A stretch of DNA of 64,000 bases, taken from the NCBI GenBank assembly GCA_964016885.1, contig OZ024759.1:17670001-17734000 (forward strand), written 5' to 3'. This document shows positions 27,166 through 40,297 of the stretch, piece after piece; within the stretch, counting starts at the first letter, position 1; the number at the start of each line of letters is the position of its first letter. The position numbers and the translations under genes were made by a program. The notes beneath the pieces are model-generated. The model had not been told where the DNA came from. It saw only the letters and a list, made by a program, of their open reading frames with translations, and searched no databases. The DNA comes from Eledone cirrhosa. Its lineage: Eukaryota.

Positions 27166-27420
27166 TTTGCAAGTGAAAATAGTCGTTCTCATGTATAATT
27201 ACTTTTTCATATTGGGTAGACTTTCATGGCGATGTGATTGATCTTGTGCAGCCTGTGAAGCTTCCGTTTCCGTCTTCATTCCAGAGGATTTGTGGTCCAT
27301 TGTTGGCTTCTATATTGGGTTATTTCCTTGTCAGTCTGCTCCTGCAGGATATTGACTGCGGACAGCTTAACTAGCTACTTATTCTTTCATATCGTTGTCG
27401 GCTACTGATTTCATTTGTCT
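27165..27420 (-). mobile_element. Decayed R4/Dong-like RLE retrotransposon segment just upstream of the zinc knuckle
   Basis: Minus strand SSGMKTETEA..AAQDQ matches the conserved ETExxIxAAQDQ motif and runs into CKLCKQ. Confidence 0.6.
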
Positions 27421-27474
27421 TCTTCTTCATTTTTTTTTTGTTAGTTTAATTTTTTTTGTTTTGTATTTTTTTTA

Positions 27475-27479
<5 letters not shown>

Positions 27480-27508
<29 letters not shown>

Positions 27509-28027
27509 TTTTCTTTGTGTGTTTGTATATGTATGTGTGGTGTGTGTGCGCACACGTGTGCATTTCTGGCTGTTCGTATGTGTACCTGTGTGTGTCTTTC
27601 TGTGTGTTTGCGCGTATACTTGAGTATGTGTATATGCATGTATATATGCGTGCACATATATGTGTGTGCATATTTATGTATGTGTGTGTGTGTGTGTTAA
27701 TCATCTTGTTTTGTTCTTAACTAAAAATCTAAATCTCTTTCTTCAGCATGAGTTAGTTTTTAGTTTGTGTTTTATTTTCTCTTTCTTTACATATACATGT
27801 ATATACACACCATATGTGTGTATGTGTATATATATATATATATGTGCCTATATATATATATATGTATATATGTATGTGTGTGTGTGTGTGTATATATGTG
27901 TGTGTGTATATGTGTGTGTGTATATATGTGTGTGTATGTATGTGTATATATATATGTGTGTGTATGTATGTGTATATGTATATTTGTGTGCATGTATATA
28001 TGTATGATATATATATTTGTGTATGTG

Positions 28028-28078
<51 letters not shown>

Positions 28079-28163
28079 ATATATATATATATATATGTAT
28101 GTACATATATATATATGTATACATATATATATACATATACATATATATATATACATATACATA

Positions 28164-28195
<32 letters not shown>

Positions 28196-28226
28196 CATAT
28201 ATATACATACATACATATATACATAC

Positions 28227-28261
<35 letters not shown>

Positions 28262-28275
28262 GGTATATAGGCACA

Positions 28276-28310
<35 letters not shown>

Positions 28311-28352
28311 CTACACAAACATATACACAAAAAGAGTGTGTGTGTGTATGTG
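27480..28352. repeat. (TG)n/(TA)n/(TACA)n mosaic
   Basis: Directly visible. Confidence 0.95.
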
Positions 28353-28511
28353 TGAAAAGTTTCCTTAACTCTTTTCATATTAACTTATTACACTAATTAG
28401 CCGATCTTTGTTTGTCTCAGTTCACTAAACTTGCAATATATTACATTAAAGTTGTAGTTTATGACAGCAGAGATGGCCTCTTTATTTATTGTTATACTTT
28501 ATAATATTATT

Positions 28512-31215
28512 ACTCTCTTTGCTCTTTACTTCTCTCTATCTCTCTCTCTCTTCTGACTTTACTTCTCTCTATCTCTCTCTCTCTTCTGACTTTATTTCTC
28601 TCTCCCCCTCTCTTCTGACTTTATCTCACTCTCCCCCTCTCTTCTGACTTTATCTCACTCTCCCCCTCTCTTCTGACTTTATCTCACTCTCCCCCTCTCT
28701 TCTGACTTTATCTCTCTCTCCCCCTCTCTTCTGACTTTATCTCTCTCTCCCCCTCTCTTCTGACTTTATCTCTCTCTCCCCCTCTCTTTCTCTATCTATC
28801 TATCTATCTATCTATCTATCCCCTCTGACTTTATCTCTCTCTCTCTATCCCTCCCTCTCTTTATCTCCCATCTCTCTCTATCTCCCATCTCTCTCTCTAT
28901 CTCCCATCTCTCTCTCTATCTCCCTCCATCTCTCTGTATCTCTCCCCCCTCTCTCTCTCTCGCTATCGCTATCTATCTCCCCCCTCTCTCTCTATCTATC
29001 TCTCCCCCCCTCTCTCTCTATCTATCTCTCCCCCTCTCTCTCTCTATCTATCTCTCCCCCTCTCTCTCTCTATCTATCTCTCCCCCTCTCTCTCTATCTC
29101 TCCCCTCTCTCTCTCTCTATCTATCTCTCCCCTCTCTCTCTCTCTATCTATTTATTCCCTTTGACATCTCTCTCTCTCTCTCTCTATCTATCTCTCCCCT
29201 CTGCCTTTCTCTCTCTCTGACTTTATCTTTCTCTTTCTGTCCCTCTGTGTTTCTCTTTCTCTCTCTCCTGTTTTTATCTCCCTCTCTTTTTGCTCTTTAC
29301 TTCTCTCTCCCTCTCTCACTTTATGTCCCTCTCCCTCTCTCTTTTTATGTCCCTCTCCCTCTCTCTTTTTATGTCCCTCTCCCTCTCTCTTTTTATGTCC
29401 CTCTCTGTCTATCTATATCTCTCTGACTCTTCTTCTCTAACAATCTGTCACCCCCCCCCCTGCCTCTCTCTCTGTATTTCTCTCCCTTTTTCTCTCTGAC
29501 TTTAATCTTTCTCATCTCTAGCAATCTACCCCTTTGCCCCTTTCCCTGATTATTTGCTCCCTCTATGCCTCTCCCTTACTCACTCTCTCTCTCTTCTTAC
29601 CCTCTCTAACTCCCTTACCCTCCTTCACACTCTCTATCTCCCTCTCCCTCTCCCTCTCTATCTCCCTCTCCCTCTCCCTCTCTATCTCCCTCTCCCTCTC
29701 CCTCTCTCCCTCTCCCTCTCTCCCTCTCTCTCCCTCTCCCTCTCTCTCCCTCTCCCTCTCTCTCCCTCTCCCTCTCTCTCCCTCTCCCTCTCTCTCCCTC
29801 TCCCTCTCTCTCCCTCTCCCTCTCTCCCTCTCTCTCCCTCTCCCTCTCTCCCTCTCCCTCTCTCCCTCTCCCTCTCTCCCTCTCTCCCTCTCCCTCTCTC
29901 CCTCTCTCCCTCTCTCCCTCTCTCCCTCTCCCTCTCCCTCTCTCTATCTCCCTTACCCTCCTTCACACACTCTCTCTCTCTCTCTATCTCCCTTACCCTC
30001 CTTCACACACTCTCTCTCTCTCTCTATCTCCCTTACCCTCCTTCACACACTCTCTCTCTATCTCCTTTACCCTCCTTCACACACTCTGTCTCTCTCTCTC
30101 TCTATCTCCTTTACCCTCCTTCACACACTCTCTCTCTCTCTCTATCTCCCTCTCCCTCCCCCTCTCCCTCTCTCCCTCTCCCCCCTCTCTCCCTCTCCCC
30201 CCTCTCTCCCTCTCCCCCCTCTCTCCCCCCTCTCTCCCTCTCTCCCTCTCCCTCTCTCTCTCTCCCGCTCCCTCTCTCTCTCTCTATCTCCCTTACCCTC
30301 CTTCACACACTCTCTCTCTCTCTCTATCTCCTTTACCCTCCTTCACACACTCTGTCTCTCTCTCTATCTCCTTTACCCTCCTTCACACTCTCTCTCTCTC
30401 TCTATCTCCCTTACCCTCCTTCACACTCTCTCTCTCTCTTACCCTCCTTCACACTCTCTCTCTCTCTCTCTCCCTTACCCTCCTTCACACTCTCTCTATC
30501 TCTATCTCCCTTACCCTCCTTCACACTCTCTCTCTCTCTATCTCCCTTACTCTCCTTCACACTCTCTCTCTATCTCCCTTACTCTCCTTCACACACTCTC
30601 TCTCTATCTCCCTTACTCTCCTTCACACACTCTCTCTCTATCTCCCTTACTCTCCTTCACACACTCTCTCTCTATCTCCCTTACTCTCCTTCACACACTC
30701 TCTCTCTATCTCCCTTACTCTCCTTCACACACTCTCTCTCTATCTCTCCTGCACACGCCCTCTCTCTCCATCTCTCCTGCACACGCCCTCTCTCTCTATC
30801 TCTCCTGCACACGCCCTCTCTCTCTATCTCTCCTGCACACGCCCTCTCTCTCTATCTCCCTTACTCTCCTTCACACTCTCTCTCTCTATCTCCCTTACTC
30901 TCCTTCACACTCTCTCTCTCTATCTCCCTTACTCTCCTTCACACACTCTCTCTCTATCTCCCTTACTCTCCTTCACACGCCCTCTCTCTCTATCTCCCTT
31001 ACTCTCCTTCACACGCCCTCTCTCTCTATCTCTCCTGCACACGCCCTCTCTCTCTATCTCTCCTGCACACGCCCTCTCTCTCTACCTCTCCTCCACACGC
31101 CCTCTCTCTCTATCTCTCCTGCACACGCCCTCTCTCCCTCTCTCTCTCTCTCTCTCACACACTCTCTCTCTCCTTCTCACACACTCTCTCTCCTTCACAC
31201 TCTCTCTCTCCTTCA

Positions 31216-31264
<49 letters not shown>

Positions 31265-31310
31265 TCTCCTTCACACACTCTCTCTCTCCTCTTCTCCTCT
31301 TCCTCTCTTC
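28512..31310. repeat. ~2.8-kb pyrimidine-rich (CT) tract built from successive minisatellite motifs
   Basis: Units such as CTTCTGACTTTATCTC, TCCCTTACCCTCCTTCACAC and CCTGCACACGCCC separated by variable (CT)n. Confidence 0.95.
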
Positions 31311-31532
31311 TAATTTCCACCTTTATTCATCACAGCCATAGTATCCGTGTCATCTGTACTTTTATTAGTGTTGTTCTCTCTAATTGTCTGGGGTCACTAT
31401 CTGAATTGGGAAGGTATGTGGCTTAGTGGTTAGGGATGGTTTGCTCACAATCAAAGGCTTGTGAGTTTGAATCCCAGTATTACTTTGTGTCCATGATCAA
31501 CACACTTTACTTCACATGGTTCCAGGCCATTC

Positions 31533-32548
31533 GTCATCATCATCTTTGTTTAATATCCATTCTTCCACGCTAGCATGGGTAGGACAGGCTGTCCATTTGT
31601 GCAGGATTAGGTTGGGGGACCATCATTTGCTCACACAGAACTTATTTTGGCTTGGTTTCTACAGTTGGATGCCCTTCCTAATGCCAACCTCATTTACAGA
31701 GTGGACTGGGTGCTTTTTGTCATGACACCTACATGACTACTTTACAGTGTGTGCTGGGTGCTTTTTATCGTGACACCTACAGGACCACTTTACAGTGTGT
31801 GCTGGGTGCTTTTTATCGTGAGACCTACACGACCACTTTACAGTGTGTGCTGGGTGCTTTTTGTCGTGACACCTACATGACCACTTTACAGTGTGTGCTG
31901 GGTGCTTTTTGTCGTGACACCTACACGACCACTTTACAGTGTGTGCTGGGTGCTTTTTGTCGTGACACCTACACGACCACTTTACAGTGGACTGGGTGCT
32001 TTTTGTCGTGACACCTACACGACCACTTTACAGTGTGTGCTGGGTGCTTTTTGTCGTGACACCTACAGGACCACTTTACAGTGTGTGCTGGGTGCTTTTT
32101 GTCGTGACACCTACACGACCACTTTACAGTGTGTGCTGGGTGCTTTTTGTCGTGACACCTACAGGACCACTTTACAGTGGACTGGGTGCTTTTTGTCGTG
32201 ACACCTACACGACCACTTTACAGTGTGTGCTGGGTGCTTTTTGTCGTGACACCTACATGACCACTTTACAGTGGACTGGGTGCTTTTTGTCGTGACACCT
32301 ACACGACCACTTTACAGTGGACTGGGTGCTTTTTTGTCGTGACACCTACACGACCACTTTACAGTGTGTGCTGGGTGCTTTTTGTCGTGACACCTACACG
32401 ACCACTTTACAGTGTGTGCTGGGTGCTTTTTGTCGTGACACCTACAGGACCACTTTACAGTGTGGTCTGGGTGCTTTTTGTCGTGATACCTACACAACCA
32501 CTTTCCAGTGTGTGCTGGGTGCTTTTTGTCGTGACACCTACACGACCA
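31533..32548 (-). repeat. SINE A 3' part with an internal 46/48-bp segment amplified ~18 times
   Basis: 31533-31700 matches the SINE A tail; unit CAGTGTGTGCTGGGTGCTTTTTGTCGTGACACCTACACGACCACTTTA matches SINE A at 3352-3408. Confidence 0.9.
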
Positions 32549-34159
32549 CGTGTAGTAGGAAATCATGGACACATCATCATCTCATCATCTCATCATCATC
32601 ATCATCATCATTTTACTTCCGCTTTTCCCTGCTTGCAAGGGTGGCACCTGAATTAAATTTTCTCAAAGGTTAAAGCATGGGAGTTATTATTGATTTCATG
32701 TATGTTGTATTTGTGTATTCATTTTGGGTTTCTATTCCCACAATATAACTAGTTTTACCTCTTTCTTGTTTAGCTCACTTGTTCCTCTTTTCCCACCTTG
32801 TCTGGCCAGTGTTCCAACTCATTACTAAGACTACCTAAAGGTTGTCTTGTTTTCTATCTTCATTTTCGTTTTTTTTTTTTTTTTGTCTTTACTGGACCAT
32901 TTCTCTGTTTCTCCATTGTGATCTTGTCTCTATTTGTACTGCTAAAGGGCTTAAGCCCGACACATTCAACTTTATTTCCTCTTTCCAATATAAAACATGA
33001 AACTAAGACTGTTTCTACCTCTGTTTGTTGTCTCCTTGAACTATATATATATAAATAGTCGTTTTGGAAGCTTCAACAATGCTGCTGGGTAAATCTCTGG
33101 GTAACAAAGTCAGGTGGTATTGAGCTGAGGGAGGAGGAGGAAACGTAGAAAGAGACATAGTGTAAAAGAATGTGAGAAAGGTGTAAAAAAATAATAAGAG
33201 ATAACCTTAGAAGCGATTTATTAGTCCCTATATTTTGAATTTCACATCCGTCAACAGAGGGGGTTTTCCGAGTGTAAAGAGTTGCATCGGAGAAAGACGT
33301 GTATGTGTGATCGGAGAAAGACATATGTATGTGTATGTGTGTAGGTAGCAATGCTGCTTTAAAGAGATATTGTCCATGTTTTTTTTTACTGTCTGTTAAT
33401 GTCAGATATGCTCAAATTTTAAATTATGGATTGTGTTTCGTTATTTCGTGGGCCGAGATTCCGATTCTCGATTATTTATTTGTATATATATATATATATA
33501 TATATATATGTAAGATAACTACTTAAGCTAGAAATTGGTGACTTTTATTGATTGGTTGATAAAAAAAAACCCTGTTAGTTATGTTGGGGTTAGGGCCATT
33601 ATACATATAGTCTTGCTTTGTTGTGGCTTCTCCTCCTGCCTTTCCCTTTTCACCTGTTCTCCCTTTCCTTCTTTCCATTGTATATATTTATTGTGTTGCA
33701 CATTTTGGTTCCATAGAATCTTCTTACATAATTGGAAATCTATTGTTGTTCCTCCATCTTACACACTGTAATTGATATCAACTCTGTTAGAATCTTTTGC
33801 CTTTTATTTCAAATACATGTTCCTCCAGAGAGAGCCAGAGAGCTAGATAAAGAGAGAGGGTGAGAAAGAGTGAGGGAGAGACAGATAGAGAGGGAGGGAG
33901 GGAGAGAGAGTGAGAGAGCAAATTAACAAACAAACAAACAAACAAACAAACAAACGAAAAATAATGAAGCTAAGGTTTTCAATGCTTTCCATCATGTCTT
34001 ATCTGTTGTTGCTACTACTACTACTACTCATAATAATATTGCTGCTGTTACTACTACTACTACTCATAATAATACTGCTGTTGTTGCTACTACTACTTCT
34101 ATTAAAAGCACCACTGCTACTACCACTACTACTGCTACTACTACTACTACTATTACTTG

Positions 34160-36045
34160 TTTATGTTCTGGAACTTAGCGTTGGCTTGACTCGTCGAGCT
34201 GCCAATGCCCTCGCAGCGTGGAGGTGCAGGAGCTGCCTCTCCCCCACGTCTTCCCAGCCACGGCCGTCTCGCACACCACCAGTTGGGAGAGCGAGCTTGC
34301 CTGATGCCCAAGCCTCGCTGGTCAACATCGCTCGGCTCAGGCGGCTCCGGAAGATCCCACTCAGGATCCTGAGAGCGGCACGGGTGCTGGTAGCCGATGC
34401 CCTCGCTTCCTTGATTGAGAGCGCCCTGGACTCCAATCGAGCCAGTGACCGGGAGCGGCTGTTCTTTTTCGGCCAGCCTCACTGCTCTCAGGAAGAAAGG
34501 GGGTGGCATACGCCCCATTGCTGTGGGCAATGTATCCGGAGGCTGGCTGCCAAGGTGATCTGCAATTCTGTAACACACGCACTGGGTGAGGAGTTTAGTC
34601 TAGTGCAACTGGGTGTCAGCGTGTCCGATGGCTGTGAGGGGGGGGGGGGGGCGCTCATGCAACCAGGCAGTACTTCAACAGCTGCCCATCGGAACCGGCA
34701 TCCAGGGACTCCAGGCACCTCATTGTCAAGCTTGACATGAGGAATGCCTTCAACTCTTTACGCCAGGATCATCTCAGGTCAACTCAGCCAAGTCGGAGGT
34801 GGTGAATGTCAGCCTCGATGCTGCGAGCTTTGCAGCCTCCGTCTTGGACGTGCGGTCCATTCTCCACTGGGTTCAGGTGACCCCCAAAGTGCTTGTCCTC
34901 AAGCTCGGGTCACTGATCCACCTGCCGGCCATCTGCTCCACCTTCAGATCCAGGCTTCAACAACTCCAGACTCTCACGAGCCGACTGGGCTTGATTGATG
35001 GCTACCCAGCTCTCTTTCTGCTGAGGAACTGCTTCGCTATGCCGAAGCCCCTCTGTACCCTCCGCAGCGCTCCGTGCTACACCCAGACATCTCTTCTCAC
35101 TGACCTCGATACTTGTATCCGAACAACAGCCGAGGAGATATGCAACGTCAAGTTTGACGACATAGGGTGGCAACAGGCCACTTTACCTGTCAGGTATGGC
35201 GGCCTTGGTCTCCGGTCCCCGATCTCACTAGCTTTGCCGGCATATCTTTCGTCGGTAACCTTGTGCCGCATCCTCGTCAGCAGGGTTCTTCAAAACAGAA
35301 CAGAACCCTCTGTGTTCAGAGAGCGTGAGGCCGCCTGTGAGACGTGGGACTGGCTGGGACTTAGCCCAGTAGACGTTCCTCCTCCTTCTCCACTGGCACG
35401 CAGCTAGACAACCAAAGCCTGCACATTGGCGTTTCCCTGAGGCTCGGCCTCCAGATCTGGCAGCCACACCAATGTGGCTGCGGTTCCACCGTGGTCTCTT
35501 TCGGCCTCCACCCACTTTCCTGTCACCACAGTGCTGGCCGCATTCCACACCATGCTGCCCTCAACGAAGTCATAAAGCATGGCTTGGACGCTGCAGGCTT
35601 CCCCTCCCAGCTCGAGCCGATGGGGTTGGACTGAGTGGACGGCAAAAGGCCAGATGGTATGACCATCTTCCCATTCCGCGGTGGCAAACCCCTCGTCTGG
35701 GATGCCACTTGCACCGACACTTTCTGCAGCCGCAACCTGGTGCAGTCTGCGACTGACCCAGGTTCTGCTGCACGTCGAGCTGAGGGGGGCGAAACTCCTC
35801 AAATACCAGTCGCTCTCCGACAGGTTTGCGGTCGTACCCCTGACAGTGGAGACTTCTGGTGTCCTTGGTCCCAGGGCTACCTCCTTACTCACCACCATAG
35901 GCACTGAGCTGGCCAGCCGCAGGTGTGAGCTCCGCGAGTTGGAGTGGCTTTTCCAGCGCGTCTCCTTTGCCGTCCTCTGGGGAAACACCTTCTCCATTCT
36001 GTCCACTGAGGCTGTGGGTGGGCCCCATCGCATATCAGGTTGATA
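34160..36045 (+). mobile_element. CRE-like RLE non-LTR retrotransposon, frameshifted and internally deleted
   Basis: Across frames: WRCRSC; ASLTALRKKGGGIRPIAVGNV/RRLAAKV; QLGV; KLDMRNAFNS (RT N-terminal motifs); LLRNCFAMPK...WQQATLPVRYGGLG; HAALNEVI; DGKRPDGMTIFPFRGGKPLVWDATCTDT, VPLTVETSG and LFQRVSFAVLWGN (RLE). No YxDD-type catalytic block seen. Confidence 0.85.
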
Positions 36046-36960
36046 AATAAAGTACCAATCCGACATTGGTGTCGATTCTCCACCCACCTTTTCTCTCTAT
36101 CCACACACACACATCTTTCCTCCTAAAGAGAATATAATGGCAAGCTTATTTTAACTTTTGAACCTGTTGATCTTTGTTTATCAACAAAAAGAGATTGACT
36201 AAGTTCCAGAACAACAAAAAGAGATACATTAAATAAATACCAGACTTGAAAAGAAAAATGTCCTGGGGTCAATATGCTCAACTAAATCCTCCTTTGGAAG
36301 CAATGCTCCAGCACGGCTGCAGTTTAATGACTGAAACCAGTAAAAGAAAGAGTGCAAGAGATTGTATAGAAGTTACGTAAGAAGGTGGAAACTTATGACA
36401 GACAGGGCGAGCAGACAGCAGATAGATTTGCAGAAGAACTCCCATCGAGCAAGGGTTTTGGCCCTTAGGATAAATGGAACTTGTGTCAGTTGGTATGGCT
36501 GTGTGGTTAAAGTGTTAGCTTTGCAATTTGAGGGTTTCAAGTTTAATCCTACTACTGTTTTGCACCATGGACATGTGTCTTCTACTCTTCTACTATAAAC
36601 TCTGGTTGACCTATACTGCATGAGTGAAATTTGGTAGGCAGAAACTGTAAAATCCCATTGTGAATATACTACTGGAGACTGGAGAGAAATGAAGCAAGCA
36701 TGCTCTCTTGGAAGTGTAATGTTAGTGTGGGTGTATAACAGGGCAGGGATGAATGATAGTGTGTGGGTGAATGGTAGGTTGTGGGTGGAAGGCAAGGACT
36801 GGGTGTGGGTGAATGATAGGGTGTAGGTGAAAGACAATGTGGCTGATTGACAGGTTGTGGGGAGAAAGACAGGGTGTGGCTAATTGACAGTGTAAATGAA
36901 TGTCAGGAACAGGGTCTGTGTGAATGAAAGGGTGTGGATGATTTTAGAGAAAACTTGGGT

Positions 36961-37173
36961 TTAGCCCTTTAGCATTTAAACCGGCCATATCCAGCCAATA
37001 TTGTCTCAGCTCTTTCTGTTCAAACTGGCTATAATCGGCCACTCACACCAATGTTAAGTTATTGTTCTCAAAATAAATATCTAAATCTCATAGATTCGAT
37101 ATTATGTAAGAAAAAGCCTTTACTGTGAAAATACAATAGTATATATAGAGTAAAGTAAATGCTAAAGGGTTAA
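36961..37173. mobile_element. piggyBac-like MITE, family 1 (~210 bp)
   Basis: TTAG|CCCTTTAGCATTTA ... TAAATGCTAAAGGG|TTAA; other copies at 23836-24021, 56568-56993 and 61613-62055. Confidence 0.85.
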
Positions 37174-37375
37174 GAGGAACCAGATGTGGTGTGCAAGAGA
37201 GAACACTGCACTGGTTTGAACATGTGTTGCATATAGATAAGGAATACTGAGTGAAGAAGTGCCAGGTAATGTCAGTGGAAGGAAGCTGCAGTGAGGGAAG
37301 ATCAAGAAAAAACCTGGGAAGAGATAGTTAGAATTGATCGCAAAATACTGAACCTTCGCAGAAAGGATGATTAGA
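37174..37375 (+). mobile_element. Decayed RTE LINE 3' fragment
   Basis: VQERTLHWFEHVLHI...KKCQ.MSVEG...GRSRKTWEE. Confidence 0.7.
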
Positions 37376-38073
37376 AAAGCTGTGCAAATGATGAGGTTGA
37401 TGATGGTGGTGGAGGTTCTTGTGTTTATGAGGCTGTCTGGAAGTTATGTAATGCAAGCAGGCTGTAGGGAACTTATGACAGCTGTGTAATGTTGGCTCAG
37501 TGTTCAGTATTGAGGTGACTCAGGGGTGAGTGTATTGTTGCATTGAAGATCTGAAGATCGTGGAAAGAATTGAATGACATCAACTGAAGGTGTAACAACA
37601 AAGAAAACGACAAGCTGTTGGACATTGAAGCCATCATCTGCAGAATATATATATATAGTGTGTGTGTGTATATATATTATATATAGTGTGTGTGTATATG
37701 TATTATATATATATAGTGTGTGTGTGTATATATATATGTGTGTGTGTGTATATATATATAGGTGCGTGTGCGTGTGAATATATATATATATATGTGTGTG
37801 TGTATACATATATATGTGTTATGTAATGTATATATATGTGTATGTATATCATAATGTACATTATATATAAACATAGGTATATATGTATGTGTCTATATAT
37901 ATATATATATATGGGTATATGTATATCATAATGTACATTATATATATACATAGGTATATATGTATGTGTCTATATATATATATATACGGGTATATGTATA
38001 TTACATAATGTATGTTATACATGTGTGTGTGTATATATATATGTGTATAAATGTATTACATAATGTGTGTATG

Positions 38074-38131
<58 letters not shown>

Positions 38132-38461
38132 TGTGTATATAGAGCAAGGGAGAGGGAAAGTGGCTGCGCCTGTGCGTAAATATGTGATATGAATTGACGT
38201 GTGATAAAAAGACTGAATGCAGAAAGTAGAGAGAGAGAGAGAGAGAGAGAAAGATAGAGAAAGAGGAAAGGGATATATATACATATATATATATACATAT
38301 ATATATATACATATATATATATAGGGAGAGAGAGAGAGGGGTGGTATATAGTCAGTGATGTGAGAAAACGAAGGAAAACATTGCGATAAATGTTAAGATA
38401 AGATCAGAGGTTGTTGGGCTTCTTTAGAAAGAAAGTGAAATGACAGAAGATCAAAATTAAT

Positions 38462-38647
38462 TGTTTCTACATTTGGCACAAGGCCAGCAAATTTCCCAGT
38501 GCATTACTGGTACTTTATTTTATCGACCCCGTAAGGATGAAAGGCAAAGTCAACCTCGGCGGGATTTGAACTCAGATCGTAAAGGGACGTAACTCTGCTG
38601 GAAAGCATGGCGTCCGACCCTCTACCGATACTGCCAATCCACCAGCT
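38462..38647 (-). mobile_element. Near full-length SINE B with 17-bp TSD
   Basis: AGAAGATCAAAATTAAT at 38445-38461 and 38648-38664. Confidence 0.9.
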
Positions 38648-38822
38648 AGAAGATCAAAATTAATGACAGTATTCTATAAGGCAGAGCTACCCAATCATGT
38701 CAACATGGAAAAATTGATCTCCAAATGATTATTATCCTTCCTATTGTAAATATTATTGAATGAGAGAAATGGCAGGGAGCATAGATATATGGAATGCCTT
38801 ATTATCATTATATCATGTGTTA

Positions 38823-39520
38823 TCCCGCCGAGGTTAACTTTGCCTTTCATCCCTACGGGGTCGATAAAATAAAGTACCAGTAAATACACTGGGATAATTG
38901 CTGGCCTTGTGCCAAAAAGTAGAAACAATTATTCTTAATGTGCAGGGCAGTGGATTGGCAGTATTGGTGGAGGCTTGAACGCCATGCTTTGCAGCATAGA
39001 GTTATGGCCCTTTACGGTCTTAGTTCAAATATCGCCGAGGTTAACTTTGCCATTCATCCTTACGGGGGTCGATAAAATAAAGTACCAGTAATACACTGGG
39101 ATAATTGCTGGCCTTGTGCCAAAAATTAGAAACAATTATATAATGCGTTATATAAGGGAGGTGGTCTGGGTGTATCAGAAGGCCGTCAGACACCATGCTT
39201 TGCAGCATAGAGTTATGGCCCTTTATGATCTGGAATCCAACTGATGTTAACTTTGCCTTTCATCCTTACAGGGTTGATATATTTAAAGTACCAGTCATGC
39301 ACTGGCGTCAATTTAATCGACTCTCTCCTGCCCCCCCCCAAAAAAAAATTGCTGACCTAGTGCCTAAAGTAGAAACAATTACTAAATAGAGCACGGTCAG
39401 ACATCAAGCTTTGCAGCATAGAGTTATGGCTCTTTATGTTCTGAGTTCAAATCCCACTGAAGTTAACTTTGCCTTTCATCCTTACAGGCTCAATAAAATA
39501 AAGTACCAGTCATGCACTGG
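38823..39520 (+). mobile_element. Four co-oriented SINE B copies/fragments
   Basis: Repeated GTTAACTTTGCCTTTCATCC..ATAAAATAAAGTACCAG. Confidence 0.85.
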
Positions 39521-39534
39521 ATATCATTTTTTTT

Positions 39535-40076
39535 TTTCATCATTTTACGTCCACTTTTCCCTGCTTGCAAGGGTGGGAAGGGAACTGATTCTGGCTGCAT
39601 TTCTACAGCTGGATGCCCTTCCTAACACCAACCTCATTTACAGTGAGTGGTGGGTGCTTTTTTGCTGTGGCACCTCCACACTCTGCAGTGGAATGATATG
39701 GACTCCAGTCCCTACCATCTCATTTCTACAGCTGAGTAAACTAGAGCAATATGAAATAAAGTGTCTTGCTCAAGGAAACAACACATCACCTGGTCTGAGA
39801 ATTGAACTCACAATCTTTCGATTGCAAGGCCAATGCTCTAACCACTAAGCCATGTGCCTTCATATATATATATATGGAAAAAAAAGCACCCAGCACTCAG
39901 TGTAAACGAGGTTGGTGTTAGGAAGGGCATCCAGCTGTAGAAATCAAGACAGAATCAGTTCCCGTATGAGCAAGACAAGGTCAGCCGACCGGACACTGCC
40001 CACAACAGGACTACCCGTCTAACCCATGCTAGCGTGGAAGAACAGACGTAAAACGGTGATGATGATGATGATGATA
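39535..40076. mobile_element. SINE A (-, 39535-39861) next to a 5'-truncated SINE A (+, 39878-40076)
   Basis: Homology to 3187-3578; separated by a short (TA)n. Confidence 0.85.
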
Positions 40077-40297
40077 TATATAATTGTTTCTACTATTGGC
40101 ACAAGGCCAGCAATTACGCAGTACATTACTGGTACTTTATTTTATCGACCCCGTGAGGATGAAAGGCAAAGTTAACCTCGGCGGGATTTGAACTCACACC
40201 ATAAAGGGGCGTAACTCTATGCTGCAAAGCATGGCGTCCGACCTTGTGCTGATACTGCCAATCCCCCATGGCATTTTATCTGATGCAGGATTGATAG

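Noticed and set aside
29534-31426. 630-aa and 595-aa ORFs
   Set aside because: Open in several frames because the CT tract lacks stop codons
33910-34160. Signal-peptide-like poly-Leu N-terminus of ORF 33910-34740
   Set aside because: It is a (CTA/CTG)n microsatellite read in frame into the CRE-like relic
37380-37645. Possible old LINE coding relics here and at 33070-33330, 56200-56530, 61270-61610 and 63135-63275
   Set aside because: Only faint motif resemblance; not assignable without a profile search
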